Shown: positions 20,234-30,700, numbered from the stretch's first letter. The stretch is DNA of 32,000 nt from Chitinophagaceae bacterium (GCA_023957755.1 JAMLGT010000016.1:1-32000); one strand, 5' to 3'. Translations and numbers: made by a program. Notes: generated by a model from the sequence alone, not told the origin.

Positions 20234-20898
20234 TGCTTACTAAAGAACAAATTGCACACCTCTTTAAGTTTTGCGAAAAGCATTACGTGTATTACTACGA
20301 AGTTCAGGTCGAACTCGTAGATCACCTTGCGAACGCTATCGAGGAGAAAATGGCCAGTACCGGGAACCTGGCTTTCGATGACGCCTTAAATAAAGTCTAT
20401 GCCGACTTTGGAGTGATGGGTTTTGCACCTATCGTACAAGAGAAACAAAACCAGGTATTCAGAACTTCTAAAGCAGCTTACTGGAAATTTATCAAAGAGC
20501 AGTTGAAGTGGCCGCAGATATTGAGAGCGCTTTTCTTCTCAGCCCTGCTTTATCAGTTGCTTCTGCATTACGAAACCATAGGTATTGTTCTTATTGGAAG
20601 CATTATTTTTTACGGAATCGTTTCCAACCTTTTCTATCAAATCCGGCTCGCCCGCAGCATAAAAAATACAGGTAAGAAATTTGCCTTGTTGAATTACTCC
20701 TCTCACCTCACTCTGGGGTTCCCTGCATTTTACTTTCTCATACAGGTAATGCTGCATTTGGATGAGGTCTATCCGCTACTATATAGTATCCTCACAGGGT
20801 GTTACATCGTGCTCTTCATCGCATCGGATAAGGTGACAAACCACGTCAAAGAAAAACTAGTCCGCGAATATCCGGAGGCCTTTTATCCGGCTGCATAA
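20233..20898 (+). CDS. Membrane protein translationally coupled to PadR
   Basis: The ATG at 20233 overlaps the PadR stop (TGATG). A soluble N-terminal ~90 aa is followed by 3-4 hydrophobic helices (ILRALFFSALLYQLLL, IVLIGSIIFYGIV, LTLGFPAFYFLIQVML, LLYSILTGCYIVLFIA). Confidence 0.6.
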   Translation: MLTKEQIAHLFKFCEKHYVYYYEVQVELVDHLANAIEEKMASTGNLAFDDALNKVYADFGVMGFAPIVQEKQNQVFRTSKAAYWKFIKEQLKWPQILRALFFSALLYQLLLHYETIGIVLIGSIIFYGIVSNLFYQIRLARSIKNTGKKFALLNYSSHLTLGFPAFYFLIQVMLHLDEVYPLLYSILTGCYIVLFIASDKVTNHVKEKLVREYPEAFYPAA

Positions 20899-20914
20899 AT
20901 TGAAGATGGATACA

Positions 20915-21946
20915 TTATGGCACAATAACGGTCCTCACTCCTGCATCAAATTTCTCAAGGGCATCAAGCGTGTCATTAATCGCCTGTGCATCGAGCGGAA
21001 TAGTGCGACTGACTATATGAGAGGTATCCAGCATCTTCTTTGAGGCAAACTCTACCAGACGGGGTAATTCCTGCAACAAATGGTCGTTTGAACCTATCAG
21101 TTCCACTTCGTTACCCAGAATCTCACTGTAGGTATGAACAGCCAAATCTTTATTGGAAAGCCCTACTAATACCACCCTTCCCATTGGGCCGGCTGATTGT
21201 AATGCCTGCTTCTGTGTCTCAATAAGGCCAATCATTTCAATAGCCACATCTACCCCTCTGCCACCGGTTTGCTTACGTATTTCTTCCACTACATTTCCTT
21301 CTTTTCCATTCAGCGGCACGGCTCCATATTGGGAGGCAAGCTTTAGCTTCTCCTCATTGATATCAATAGCAAAAACTGTGGTTGCTCCGAATGCTTTTGC
21401 CAACTGAACAGCCGACTGACCAAGCCCTCCCACTCCAAAAACAGCCACCTTATCGCCGGGCTTTATCCGTCCTTTCAGAAGAGAATGAAATGCAGTAGCT
21501 GAGGCGCACATGAGCGTCGCTCCTTGTTCAAATGGAATCTCATCAGGCAGATGAATGGCGTTTCTCGCCGGTATCGCTATATATTCCGCATAACCTCCGT
21601 TAGTATGATGGCCAATCATTTTACCCTTAAGGCAGAATTGTTCATTGCCTGTAGCGCAGTAGTAGCAATCTCCACAGGTAATCAGATAGTGCAGGCATAC
21701 GCGGTCGCCCGGCTTCACATTATCCACCTCTTTTCCTATTTTCTCAACCACACCAGCCACCTCGTGACCTAATGTAATAGGAGTGAAACTTACGGGAGAA
21801 ATGCCTGCCCTGTAATGTGCATCGGAATGGCAGATACCTGCTGCTTTTACACGTACCAGAATATCACGGTCTCCGATTTCGGGTATCGGAATCTCCTGCA
21901 ATTCAAGAGGCTTATTTACTCCTGTCATTCTTACTGCTTTCATCAT
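20915..21946 (-). CDS. Zinc-dependent alcohol dehydrogenase (MDR family)
   Basis: 343 aa. Catalytic-zinc region (GICHSDAH...GHEVAGVVEKIG), structural-zinc Cys cluster (CGDCYYCATGNEQFC) and Rossmann motif (VFGVGGLGQSAVQLAK). Confidence 0.88.
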   Translation of the reverse strand: MMKAVRMTGVNKPLELQEIPIPEIGDRDILVRVKAAGICHSDAHYRAGISPVSFTPITLGHEVAGVVEKIGKEVDNVKPGDRVCLHYLITCGDCYYCATGNEQFCLKGKMIGHHTNGGYAEYIAIPARNAIHLPDEIPFEQGATLMCASATAFHSLLKGRIKPGDKVAVFGVGGLGQSAVQLAKAFGATTVFAIDINEEKLKLASQYGAVPLNGKEGNVVEEIRKQTGGRGVDVAIEMIGLIETQKQALQSAGPMGRVVLVGLSNKDLAVHTYSEILGNEVELIGSNDHLLQELPRLVEFASKKMLDTSHIVSRTIPLDAQAINDTLDALEKFDAGVRTVIVP

Positions 21947-22074
21947 TCTTTTCTTTTGGTTCCGCGAAGATACGCCTCAATTCGCAGCACTATTTTCGAA
22001 AAGTGATATTTGGGAAGCGACGACTTTCAGGCTTGTAAGCAACAGCAATTCAAAATGAATCAAAGGAATATTTC

Positions 22075-22103
22075 AAATAAAAAAGGGAGCACGCCGGCTC
22101 CCC
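22075..22103 (-). terminator. Rho-independent terminator ending the SusCD-cyanophycinase operon
   Basis: Stem gggagc (22085-22090) / gctccc (22097-22102) with a 6-nt loop. On the minus strand it is followed by ttttttattt (plus-strand A-rich run 22075-22084). It lies 21 nt downstream of the stop at 22124. Confidence 0.6.
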
Positions 22104-22123
22104 ATGATTGATCTTAAGGTTTA

Positions 22124-23251
22124 TTACTTAATGAAGATATCTCTTGGACTCTTCAAACCGGAAAGGAAGTTTTCTACATTGGTACCATCCAGATTAGCAC
22201 GTTTGATTATGCCTTTATCCCTGTCGGACCAGTAAAATTTATTTTCTGTATAATCCATCGCCATTCCATGAATTCTGGTGCTTGGCGCATCAGCAAACTT
22301 CTCTACTCCGGAACCATCGAGGTTTGCTCTCATCACAGCCTTCGAGTTACGATCATCATAATAAAGCTTGTCGTGAATTTTATCTACAAAGATGCTGTAT
22401 CCATAAGCACCCGAAATTATCTTCACGACTCCGGTACCATTAGCTCCTGCCGCATACAGGTCTTCATTATTCACCTCATAGAAATAAATAATATTATTCT
22501 TACTGTCAAAAGCAATTCCACGCATCATCCCATCAGCAATATGGATAAACTGTCTTTCCAGATTACCCCCATCCAGATCTGCGCGCGAAATATTCCCGTC
22601 ATCATCTGCCCAGTAAATTTTTCCGCCTGCAAGATTAATAGCAATAGAATACGGATCTACTATACCGTTTACTAATTGTTCCATTCCGGTGCCATCCATA
22701 TTCATCCTCCATATTTTGCCATCATCGGCCACCTCGAAATCTGAAAAATAAATTTTCCCGTTAACAGAATCGTATGCTAGTCCCACACCACCTTTACCAG
22801 TTACATCCGCTATCAACTCAGGAGTAGAACCCGGAGCCAGGGATACCTTACGGATTGCGTTCTGGCCTAATTCCACATAATACATATCTTTTATTGTGGG
22901 CGGAGGAGGAGTAGTATCCTTGATGGTCACATCGATCGAATAATTACCCGTACCACCCGGACCCACAGCCCTCAATGCCACAGTGAAAATACCAGGTGCA
23001 TGATACACCTTGGTTGGATTTTTATCTGTGGAAGTGGTGCCGTCTCCAAAATTCCACAAATAGGAGTCGGCGCTCTCTGAAAGGTTATTAAAGTGCATTT
23101 CCTCACCTACATCGTATGCAGTACTATCAAGTGTGAAATAACTCTTCACAGTGTCAGGCAGATCGTCAAAATTGTAGCTTGTCTTCTCACAACCTGCCAT
23201 AAGGAAGAATGCCCCTAATAAAAACGGAATAAATCTTTTTGTTATCAACAT
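22124..23251 (-). CDS. Lipoprotein with PKD domain and six-bladed YWTD (LDL-receptor class B-like) beta-propeller
   Basis: Lipobox FFLMAGCEK. PKD signature (YLWNFGDGTTSTDKNPTKVYHAPGIFTVALRAVGPGG). Six repeats follow of the type KIYWADDDGNISRADLDGGN, KFYWSDRDKGIIKRANLDGTN, KLYYDDRNSKAVMRANLDGSG and KIYFSDF..KIWRMNMDGTG. Confidence 0.8.
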   Translation of the reverse strand: MLITKRFIPFLLGAFFLMAGCEKTSYNFDDLPDTVKSYFTLDSTAYDVGEEMHFNNLSESADSYLWNFGDGTTSTDKNPTKVYHAPGIFTVALRAVGPGGTGNYSIDVTIKDTTPPPPTIKDMYYVELGQNAIRKVSLAPGSTPELIADVTGKGGVGLAYDSVNGKIYFSDFEVADDGKIWRMNMDGTGMEQLVNGIVDPYSIAINLAGGKIYWADDDGNISRADLDGGNLERQFIHIADGMMRGIAFDSKNNIIYFYEVNNEDLYAAGANGTGVVKIISGAYGYSIFVDKIHDKLYYDDRNSKAVMRANLDGSGVEKFADAPSTRIHGMAMDYTENKFYWSDRDKGIIKRANLDGTNVENFLSGLKSPRDIFIK

Positions 23252-23307
23252 CTTCTGTAGTTTTAAAATTTTTAACGAACGAGTCTTTTCTGTTATAAGG
23301 TTTTATT

Positions 23308-24159
23308 TTATTTCAATTTAAATGTATCTCCTGCAGAATAAAGCGCAAGTTTTGCATTCTGAAAGGCAATCTTGTCTCCATTGAACACTTTTACCTTCCC
23401 GGGGTGCGACACCACTACCACCTGGCTCTCACCCACTACACGTACACGCTTACCCTTTACAATCACTGCTGTGCTTTCATCAATCCCTATTACCATCTTA
23501 TCCGGATGATCTCCTAATACACTCAGCAGCCTGTTGTATCTGCTCCTCTTTACAAAATGCTGGTCTATAATCGCCTTGCTCACAAAGCCCATTCCTTCAG
23601 AGGTGATCACATTGCCTTTCTTAATCTCCCTGAAGTTATTGTTATCCTTCTTATCGCGCTCCTCACCTGTGATCATAATCTGAGACATCACCGCTGCTCC
23701 TGCACTGGTTCCGGCCACAGTAGCCCCCTCGTTGAAAGCCGTGTGCATTGCTTCGTACAAAGGAGTAGCCCGTACCACGTCCATAAATCTGTTTTGGTCA
23801 CCCCCTACAATATAAATCAGCCGGGCATTTGCTACAGAGTCGATCCAGGCTTTCTTATCCTTTGCTTCCTGCTGTGTAAAATGAAATTTCGTCACCACAT
23901 TCTTACAAAGTGTGCCCAGTTGTTTACTTATCGCCTCATAAGATTCGTCAGGTACCCCACTTGCCATTGTCAATACTACTATATAGTCGTCCCCTGCAAG
24001 TGAAGCTGTATTCAAAAGTTCCTGCATCAATGCCGTTGACCTTTCACCTCCGCCGATGATAAACAGATTTCCACTTCCCTTCTGTGCACCGGCTATTGCC
24101 GTGACCAGTAGCAAGCTGATTGTGAATACAATATTTACGATTCTTCTGTACCTCATCAT
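23308..24159 (-). CDS. Secreted cyanophycinase (peptidase S51, CphB/CphE type)
   Basis: Signal peptide MMRYRRIVNIVFTISLLLVTAIAGAQ. All the blocks I remember from CphB are present: FIIGGGE, YIVGGDQNRF, AGTSAGAAVM (nucleophile Ser), IDQHFVKRSRYNRLL (His) and GIDESTAV (Glu). The start overlaps the upstream stop by 4 nt. Confidence 0.88.
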   Translation of the reverse strand: MMRYRRIVNIVFTISLLLVTAIAGAQKGSGNLFIIGGGERSTALMQELLNTASLAGDDYIVVLTMASGVPDESYEAISKQLGTLCKNVVTKFHFTQQEAKDKKAWIDSVANARLIYIVGGDQNRFMDVVRATPLYEAMHTAFNEGATVAGTSAGAAVMSQIMITGEERDKKDNNNFREIKKGNVITSEGMGFVSKAIIDQHFVKRSRYNRLLSVLGDHPDKMVIGIDESTAVIVKGKRVRVVGESQVVVVSHPGKVKVFNGDKIAFQNAKLALYSAGDTFKLK

Positions 24160-25214
24160 TCCTTATATATAAATATCGATACTTTGCCATTCTCATCTAT
24201 CATACCTCTGTACATCCCTGGCGTATTAAACTCCATCGCCACATTTCCAGCCTTATCCAAAGCAATAATACCTCCATTGCCTCCCATCTTCCCTATTTCA
24301 TCAATTACCTGCCTTGCAGCATCATCTACAGAAAGTCCTTTCAATTCCATTAATGAAGACAAGCGATTGGCTGCCACCTCCCTGATATAAAACTCTCCCC
24401 ACCCGGTACTCGAAATACCCGCAGTAGCGTTATTACAATAGGTCCCTGCGCCAATGATGGGAGCATCTCCCACTCTTCCATACTTTTTGTTGGTCATCCC
24501 ACCTGTAGAAGTACCTGCTGCCAGATTTCCACTCTTGTCCAGAGCTACTGCCCCCACAGTCCCAAACTTCTTATCCTTGCCTGACACTCCTGAAATACTG
24601 CTACTCTTTGGATCGATGTCATTAAAGGCAGCATGTCCGGTTTCCTCCTGACTGATCATCCGCTGTAGCTGATCCCAGCGTTCCTGCGTGAAGAAGTATG
24701 AGGGAGGTACCGTATCGCACCCATTTGCCGCTGCAAATATCTCCGCTCCCCTTCCTACCATCATTACATGTTCCGACTTGTCCATCACAGCCCTTGCTGC
24801 ATTGATCGGATTCTTCAGATTGGTTACGCCGGCTACAGCCCCTGCTTTCAATGTAGCGCCATCCATGATAGAGGCATCCAGCTCATTCTTACCATCATGG
24901 GTAAAAACGGCTCCCTTCCCTGCATTGAAAAGTGGAGAGTTTTCCATTACATTGATCGCCGACTGCACTGCATCTAATGAAGCGCGTCCCTCTTTAATCT
25001 GATCGTATCCTGCCTGCAATGCCTCCGTCAGTGCTTCTTTATAGGCCTGTTCCTTTTCCGGAGTCATCGACTCTTTATTAATAGTGCCTGCACCACCGTG
25101 AATCACCATTACATACTTTGTGTGCTGGCCTTCTGATACAGGCACGTCACATGAGGCCAGTAAGAATCCGGACATCAGGAAACAACACAATATAATTACA
25201 ACCCTGTTCATCAT
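24156..25214 (-). CDS. Isoaspartyl peptidase / L-asparaginase (plant-type, Ntn hydrolase), lipoprotein
   Basis: Lipobox FLLASCD. HGGAGT lies near the N-terminus. The autoprocessing and nucleophile block is KKFGTVGAVALDKSGNLAAGTSTGGMTNKKYGRVGDAPIIGAGTY. Confidence 0.9.
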   Translation of the reverse strand: MMNRVVIILCCFLMSGFLLASCDVPVSEGQHTKYVMVIHGGAGTINKESMTPEKEQAYKEALTEALQAGYDQIKEGRASLDAVQSAINVMENSPLFNAGKGAVFTHDGKNELDASIMDGATLKAGAVAGVTNLKNPINAARAVMDKSEHVMMVGRGAEIFAAANGCDTVPPSYFFTQERWDQLQRMISQEETGHAAFNDIDPKSSSISGVSGKDKKFGTVGAVALDKSGNLAAGTSTGGMTNKKYGRVGDAPIIGAGTYCNNATAGISSTGWGEFYIREVAANRLSSLMELKGLSVDDAARQVIDEIGKMGGNGGIIALDKAGNVAMEFNTPGMYRGMIDENGKVSIFIYKE

Positions 25215-25223
25215 TTATTTATA

Positions 25224-26282
25224 CTAATCATCTACCATACTTAATCTGCCTGTATTTACCGACCACCATGATCTGGTAAGCCCATTTGTACTCTCAGGCT
25301 CAAAAGTGACCATGTTGAACTTGTTACCTGCTGCTTTAGCTGACACGGCCGAAACCCTAAGTGCCTGGCCGCTCCAGTTCCAGGTAACCGGCGTATTGGA
25401 CGTAAATGTTTCAGGCGCTTTATCAGAAAATGCTTTGATGAAAAATGCTTTATTTGACCCAACCACTTCAGCCATGCCCGCATCGTCAATACATACTGCT
25501 GTCGCTTCATCTACAGCAACACCCGAAGGGGTTTTCCCCCAGTCTTTCATAATTCTGCCCATAAACACTACAAGGCGGCCCTGTCTGTCACGCTGAGTGA
25601 AATGCTGATCCGTTATCACACTCTGCAAAAAAGGTGCACGTAGAAAATCACCGTTATACAACAGGATATCACTCCCATAGGGATTTGTCAGGGCAGCAGA
25701 AGAAACTACACTCCCCTTCTCGCCACTGAAATAAAAATTGCCTAATATAGCCGCTCCTGCACTGGTGCCTCCAACCGGCACCTTCTTCACCGTCAGCAGA
25801 TAATTAATAGCGTCCATCACCTTAGTACCCTTCCAATAACCGGTATAGTCAGACTGGTCGCCACCTGCAATGAATAATAGCTCCGCATTCCTGATAATTC
25901 GGGCCACACCATCATCCTCGGCCAATTTGCGTGAATCGATCTTCAGAGTCTCAACTGAATTCAGTGAGCCCAGGCGATTTACATAGGGATTATAGGCGTC
26001 CGTTCCCGAAGCGCGGATAATCACTGCATCACCACCGCCACTCCTGGCTATCATCCAGCGAAATGCCGCATCCACATCAGCGCCCCCTCCCATAATCACC
26101 ACTCCTCCACTGGTGGTCTTTGTGACATCGGCAGTATCCCCTACAATTCCGATAGAGGCGGGACGTGTTGTCGTTGGATTTACCGGATCCGGATTCCGCG
26201 GTGTAAAAGGATTAAAATCATCATCCTTCTTACATCCCGCAAGAAAAAACACAAAAAGAAACAGTGACAATATATACTTCAT
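25224..26282 (-). CDS. Cyanophycinase-like S51 peptidase lipoprotein with C-terminal extension
   Basis: Lipobox with acidic +4 to +6 residues (MKYILSLFLFVFFLAGCKKDDDF). S51 cyanophycinase blocks: VIMGGGAD, FIAGGDQSDY, GGTSAGAAIL, TDQHFTQRDRQGRLV and AVDEATAV. An extra ~90 aa follow at the C-terminus. The track start at 26297 is also an ATG. Confidence 0.8.
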   Translation of the reverse strand: MKYILSLFLFVFFLAGCKKDDDFNPFTPRNPDPVNPTTTRPASIGIVGDTADVTKTTSGGVVIMGGGADVDAAFRWMIARSGGGDAVIIRASGTDAYNPYVNRLGSLNSVETLKIDSRKLAEDDGVARIIRNAELLFIAGGDQSDYTGYWKGTKVMDAINYLLTVKKVPVGGTSAGAAILGNFYFSGEKGSVVSSAALTNPYGSDILLYNGDFLRAPFLQSVITDQHFTQRDRQGRLVVFMGRIMKDWGKTPSGVAVDEATAVCIDDAGMAEVVGSNKAFFIKAFSDKAPETFTSNTPVTWNWSGQALRVSAVSAKAAGNKFNMVTFEPESTNGLTRSWWSVNTGRLSMVDD

Positions 26283-26312
26283 TACGCTACAATTCATTAT
26301 TTGCTATCAGTT

Positions 26313-27725
26313 CTAATATTTAGGATTCTGCACCATCGCTTTGTTTACCGACATCTCATCAGAAGGTATTGGGAAACAGTATTGTGCTGCCGTAGGTTCC
26401 AGCTTCACTGCTCCCGAGGCATTGATAGCATCCTGAGGCAGACGCTCTACAGGAAGGTTCCTGCGTTTCAGATCGAAGAAACGATGTCCTTCAAAAGCCA
26501 ATTCTTTAAACCTTTCATTGTAGATCGCATCCAGCAGGCTCTGTTTATCAGGGAAGCTGGCATCTACATACCCTATTATTCTGGCTCTCCTCAATTCGTT
26601 CAGGTCTTTCGCTGCTGCAGTAATCCCGGCAGGGCTGTTATCCTTTTCCAACAAAGCCTCTGCCCTGATGAGATACATCTCTCCGGTTCTGAAAAGCTTG
26701 ATATCCGTAAGACCTAAATTCAGCGGATCACCTCCATTATACTTCTTAATCAGGTAAGCAGATTTCTTACCTCCTGAGTTATCCTGACGCAACTGGTCAT
26801 ACGTAATATAGCTGCTGAACCGCACATCATTATCTCTGTCAAATGTGTTGAGCAATTTGAAGGCGGGTGCATACAATACGATTTCTCCTGTCTCACGGAA
26901 GAAGGCTGACCCTATTTTAGAATCGCCAGGTACCCGTGCCAGTTCCCACACAACTTCAGCATTGCTCTGGTCTATCCAGATTTTCCCGAAATCATTTCTT
27001 GCTGCAAGAGGCTCCTGGTTAATCACTTCTGTAGCATAAGCGATGGCCTTATCCCAATCCTTTGCATACAATGCCACCCTGGCCTGGATAGCTGACACAG
27101 CAGCTCTGGTGATCCGTGTTTTAACATTAAAACTTGCAGGGATCAGATCTTTTGCTGCCTGCAGGTCTGCATTAATATCCTCAAAATTCGATTGCACGGT
27201 AGGCCTTGCCGGGTAGCCCAGCTCATGCTTCTTCATATAAGGTACACCCATACCGTCTCCGTCATACTTAGAAGCATAAGCCTTTAACAGTTCGAAATGG
27301 CTAAATGCCCTGAGTGCCAGCATCTCACCCTGATACTGATCCAGTGTGCTTTGGGTAGCACCTGTAACAGGGATATTCGGCACTGCTTCCAGCACCCTGT
27401 TGGCACGGTCAATCACCAGATAATACTCATTCCAGGCACTCGTAACAGAACCGTAGGAGGAGTTATACATCCAACGGTGGGTAACGGTGTTGGATACCGT
27501 ATTCTCAGTAGGAAGCATTACCTCGTCTGATACGATAGCCCCTGTCTCTATAAGCGTATAATCGAGTGGTGCATAGGCGCCTAACGCGCCCATATTGAGG
27601 TCGTTCAGATTACGAAATGCCTTTGTAGGATCGATGGAATCTGTCGGAGGCATATCTAACTTATCGCAGGACACCAGTACAGCTCCTGAAAGAGATAAGA
27701 AAAAGAATAATTTTTTTATGTTCAT
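26313..27725 (-). CDS. SusD/RagB-family outer-membrane lipoprotein
   Basis: The ATG at 27725 gives MNIKKLFFFLSLSGAVLVSCDKLD (lipobox). The protein is TPR-like and helical, with RAEALL, ERFKELAFEGHRFFDLKRR and a C-terminal QNPKY. It starts 10 nt after the SusC stop. Confidence 0.85.
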   Translation of the reverse strand: MNIKKLFFFLSLSGAVLVSCDKLDMPPTDSIDPTKAFRNLNDLNMGALGAYAPLDYTLIETGAIVSDEVMLPTENTVSNTVTHRWMYNSSYGSVTSAWNEYYLVIDRANRVLEAVPNIPVTGATQSTLDQYQGEMLALRAFSHFELLKAYASKYDGDGMGVPYMKKHELGYPARPTVQSNFEDINADLQAAKDLIPASFNVKTRITRAAVSAIQARVALYAKDWDKAIAYATEVINQEPLAARNDFGKIWIDQSNAEVVWELARVPGDSKIGSAFFRETGEIVLYAPAFKLLNTFDRDNDVRFSSYITYDQLRQDNSGGKKSAYLIKKYNGGDPLNLGLTDIKLFRTGEMYLIRAEALLEKDNSPAGITAAAKDLNELRRARIIGYVDASFPDKQSLLDAIYNERFKELAFEGHRFFDLKRRNLPVERLPQDAINASGAVKLEPTAAQYCFPIPSDEMSVNKAMVQNPKY

Positions 27726-27735
27726 GACTGTCAGA

Positions 27736-30700
27736 TTAAAAGTTAACATTGATACCTGCCGTATAAGTACGCGCGTTAGGATATTCAAACCTTCCGTACA
27801 CCCTGTTATTTTCAGGATCCAGTCCTCTCCATGTGGTCCAGGTCAGCAGATTCTCTCCCTGCGCAAAGAGGTCGATAGACTTTACGAAATTCAGTTTCTG
27901 TAACACATTCCCCGGTACACTATATGCCAGCCTCAGGTTTCTCAGACGCATGAAAGATGCATCCTGAATATCTTTTGAGGTATAGTTTCTCGGAATATCG
28001 ATACGCTGAAGCGTGGTATGGTCGCCGGGCTTTTTCCAACGATCATAAAGCATCCTCTTACTCTGATTGCTTGACATGTAAGCCTGGTTTTCAATATAGA
28101 AGTCGATATTGTTCCACCGCTTAATATCAGATACAAAGGTGAAGAGTGCATCCAATGTGATATTTCTCCATTTTACGTTAGTGGTGAAGCCACCGGTAAT
28201 CTTCGGGTAGAAGCTGCCAAAATCGTGTACAGCCTGTTGTTCTTCGTTATACACATTGGTAATGCTTCCATCACGGTTATAGTACAAGGCATCACCTGTT
28301 TCAGGATCTACCCCGGCCCATTTAGGAGCAAGGTAGGTGCCATACGGGAAACCCACTTTAATAATCCTTGTATCACCGTCAGGCAATTCATCAGTCACAT
28401 CTGTTACGTGCAGTATTGTGTTCTTGTTGAAAGCACCATTAAACCCAATGCTCCAGGTGAAATTATTCGTCTGAATCACATCTCCGGTTAATCCCAGTTC
28501 AACCCCTCTGTTCCTCATCTTACCTGTACTGAGTGGCGCTGACGTTGCACCAGAAGTAGCCGACAATGGCTGATCGATAAACATGTTTCTGGTGATTCTG
28601 TCATAGAAGTCAAAAATAATCTTTAACCTTTGCGACTTGAACAATGCCAGATCGAACCCGGTATTGAACTCATCTACATATTCCCAGTCAAAATCCGGAT
28701 TGCCAATTGCTGAAGGTCTGATTGCCGCTTGTCCGCCATAGGTAGTACTCACTGAATAGGTGGACAAATACAGGAAGTCTCCACCGAACGGACTTGCCGT
28801 CTGGCCGTAGCTGGCTCTCAGCCTTAATGCTGAAATGAAATCGCTTGACGCAAGGAAGTTTTCCTTCTTCGCATCCCAGTTAGCTCCGAAAGAATAGAAG
28901 CCATGCCAACGATTATTAGGCGATACCGAAGAGGCGCCATCATATCTGTAGCTTGCCGTCAGTGTGTATTTTTCATTATAGGTATATTTACCCACCCCCA
29001 TATACGACATCAGGGTGCTGAACGTGCGCCCGCCTCCAAGGCTTGGCAAAAAGGTAGTGCTGACCGTAATGCCGGCAGGGGTTCCCATCAACCTGTCATC
29101 AATTCCATAACCGGTATAGTTAAACGACCTGTAATGATTATGTAAATACTCAAAGAATCCGGATATCTCAAAATCATGTTTGTCGATTTTATTATCGTAA
29201 GTAATCCCTGAAGTGGACACAATATTAAAATTGCGCCTTTGCGCCTCTCCAAAGGAACCGCGCTGGCCAAATGCCTTGCTTCCGATATAGGAATTTGGAT
29301 TTATGAAGTTCTGGTCGGTCGAACTTCTAAGGTCAATCCCCGCCCTGGTAGTTATTTTAAGGCCCGGTAGAATTTCATATCCCAGATTCGCCCCTATAAT
29401 TGACTTTACCTGTTCAGTCTTGGTAGAAGTGCCATAAAGCACATCTATACCGCGACTACCTTCACGTGTATCCAGAAAGGTTATTGCATCATCCGTAGGA
29501 TGGAATACTCCATCCGGTGTGTAAGGATACTCAAACGGAAGTGCATAATATACAGAAGCCATCGGCGTACCTACAGAAGTACCGCCTTCGTTATAGGTAA
29601 ACCTCGAGTTGGAGTAACCAATGGAGATATTTACTCCGGCAGTGAACTTATTGAATTTCATGTTCACATTACTCCGTAATGTATAGCGCTCTAATCCTGT
29701 TCTTCTTACAATGCCATCCTCCTTCCAATAACCCAGTGCGTTATACGCCTGAATATTCTCATTACCACCACTCAGGCTCACTTGCTGCTCCATGAAGTGG
29801 CCGTCTCTGAAAAACATATCCCTCCAATCTGTATTAATTTGCCTCAGGCTATCCAGGATAAAGTCGGCCCGTTTCTGCCAATCCACCGTATGATTTGCAT
29901 AATCCGGATTCTTTTTAGAATAAGTCCAGCCGGGTCCTATATTCTGGCCTGTCTCCAACCCTACTTCTTCTTCAAATCTGAGATGCTCTTTGGTATCCAT
30001 CATTTCAAAGCGCGGGCTGGTAAGGGTAGAAAACCCATACTGGGAATTATAACCTACATTCAATTTTCCTTTCCTGCCTTTCTTGGTTGTGATTACTATG
30101 ACTCCGTTTGACCCTCTGGAACCGTATAATGCCTTTGCAGAAGCATCTTTCAGGATGGTCATCGACTCAATGTCCTGAGGGTTGATTGTCTGGAAATAAT
30201 TTCCCTCGATCGGAATTCCGTCCATTACATATAGCGGAGTAGTACTACCGCTGATGCTTCCCACTCCTCTGATTACCACAGCGGCACTTTGTCCGGGCTG
30301 GCCCGAGCTTGAGGAAACACTCATCCCCGGCACGCGGCCTTGTAATATCTGATCCACTGTGCTCATAGGCACCTGATTGATCTCTTTACTTGTGACAAAA
30401 GTGGTGGCACTCGGACTTTCTTTTCTGGAGTATCCGGTGTAACCTGTAATTGTAACCGTCTCCAACTGATTTACCTTCGACTGCACCATCGCCACCACAT
30501 GGTCTGTGGCACCCACTTTCACTGTAGTAGTCTGGTAAGAAACGTGGGATACAATTAACTCATCACCTTCCTTTGCATTAATGGTAAATGAGCCATCATC
30601 TTTTGTAGAAACGGCTGTATTGCTTCCTTTGACGGTAACTGTGGCTCCTGCTACAGGCCTTCCTGTTTCATCTATTACCTGGCCCGTAATTTCTTTAAAG

